From: Carcharhinus amblyrhynchos
Taxonomy: Eukaryota
Length of the DNA: 64,000 nucleotides
NCBI GenBank assembly: GCA_965287045.1
Contig: OZ336873.1
Location: 18,476,001 to 18,540,000 of the forward strand
Direction: 5' to 3'
Position 1 is the stretch's first letter. Each line of letters begins with the position of its first letter. The notes below the pieces were generated by a model that saw nothing but the letters and a program-made list of their open reading frames with translations, ran no database searches and was not told where the DNA came from. Both the position numbers and the translations under genes were made by a program. Of the stretch, positions 63,839 through 64,000 are shown in pieces.

Positions 63839-64000
63839 ATGCCTGGATATTTAAACAAATAGAAGGTGGTGTTTTCAATGCACCCCATCAGAAGGCATTG
63901 ATTTTTGCAGTCAGTGGTGAAGGAATGGCACTTGTCATCCATTCTGCTTACAGCTGCCCACGGATATTTCAAGGGCCTTTGAACAGCAACCAATGGTTGT

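Noticed and set aside
36267-64000. PLCG2 non-coding exon 1 or promoter, and 3' exons of the expected neighbour CMIP
   Set aside because: No CpG-island-like promoter or recognisable CMIP leucine-rich-repeat coding sequence could be supported.

Overview
Eukaryotic, repeat-dominated vertebrate DNA, almost certainly from a shark: it is full of HE1/V-SINE-type and SacSINE1/Deu-type SINEs, CR1, L2-like, RTE and Rex1-like LINE fragments and Penelope-type repeats. The only host gene I can support is the first coding exon of phospholipase C gamma 2 (PLCG2) on the minus strand. The CDS part is 35898-36093 and the exon is probably 35898-36237. Bases 1-35897 are therefore the start of a long PLCG2 intron, and the right half is a 5' UTR intron or upstream region. 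Other content: a ~0.95 kb G-rich 31-bp minisatellite, decayed Harbinger (transposase and Myb) and Gypsy remnants, and ~125-bp MITEs. Best leads: (1) a ~215-bp U2-snRNA-headed, poly(A)-tailed retroposon resembling SINEU; (2) Penelope-type foldback insertions carrying minimal hammerhead ribozyme cores, one with a perfect 77-bp inverted repeat and a 13-bp target-site duplication (TSD); (3) two inverted duplications that copy a retroelement tail plus its flank; (4) one SINE hit by two opposite-orientation CR1 insertions; (5) SINE tail swapping; (6) a B-cell-type motif cluster in the PLCG2 intron. No searches were run. Family names come from motif recognition by eye and repeat boundaries are approximate.
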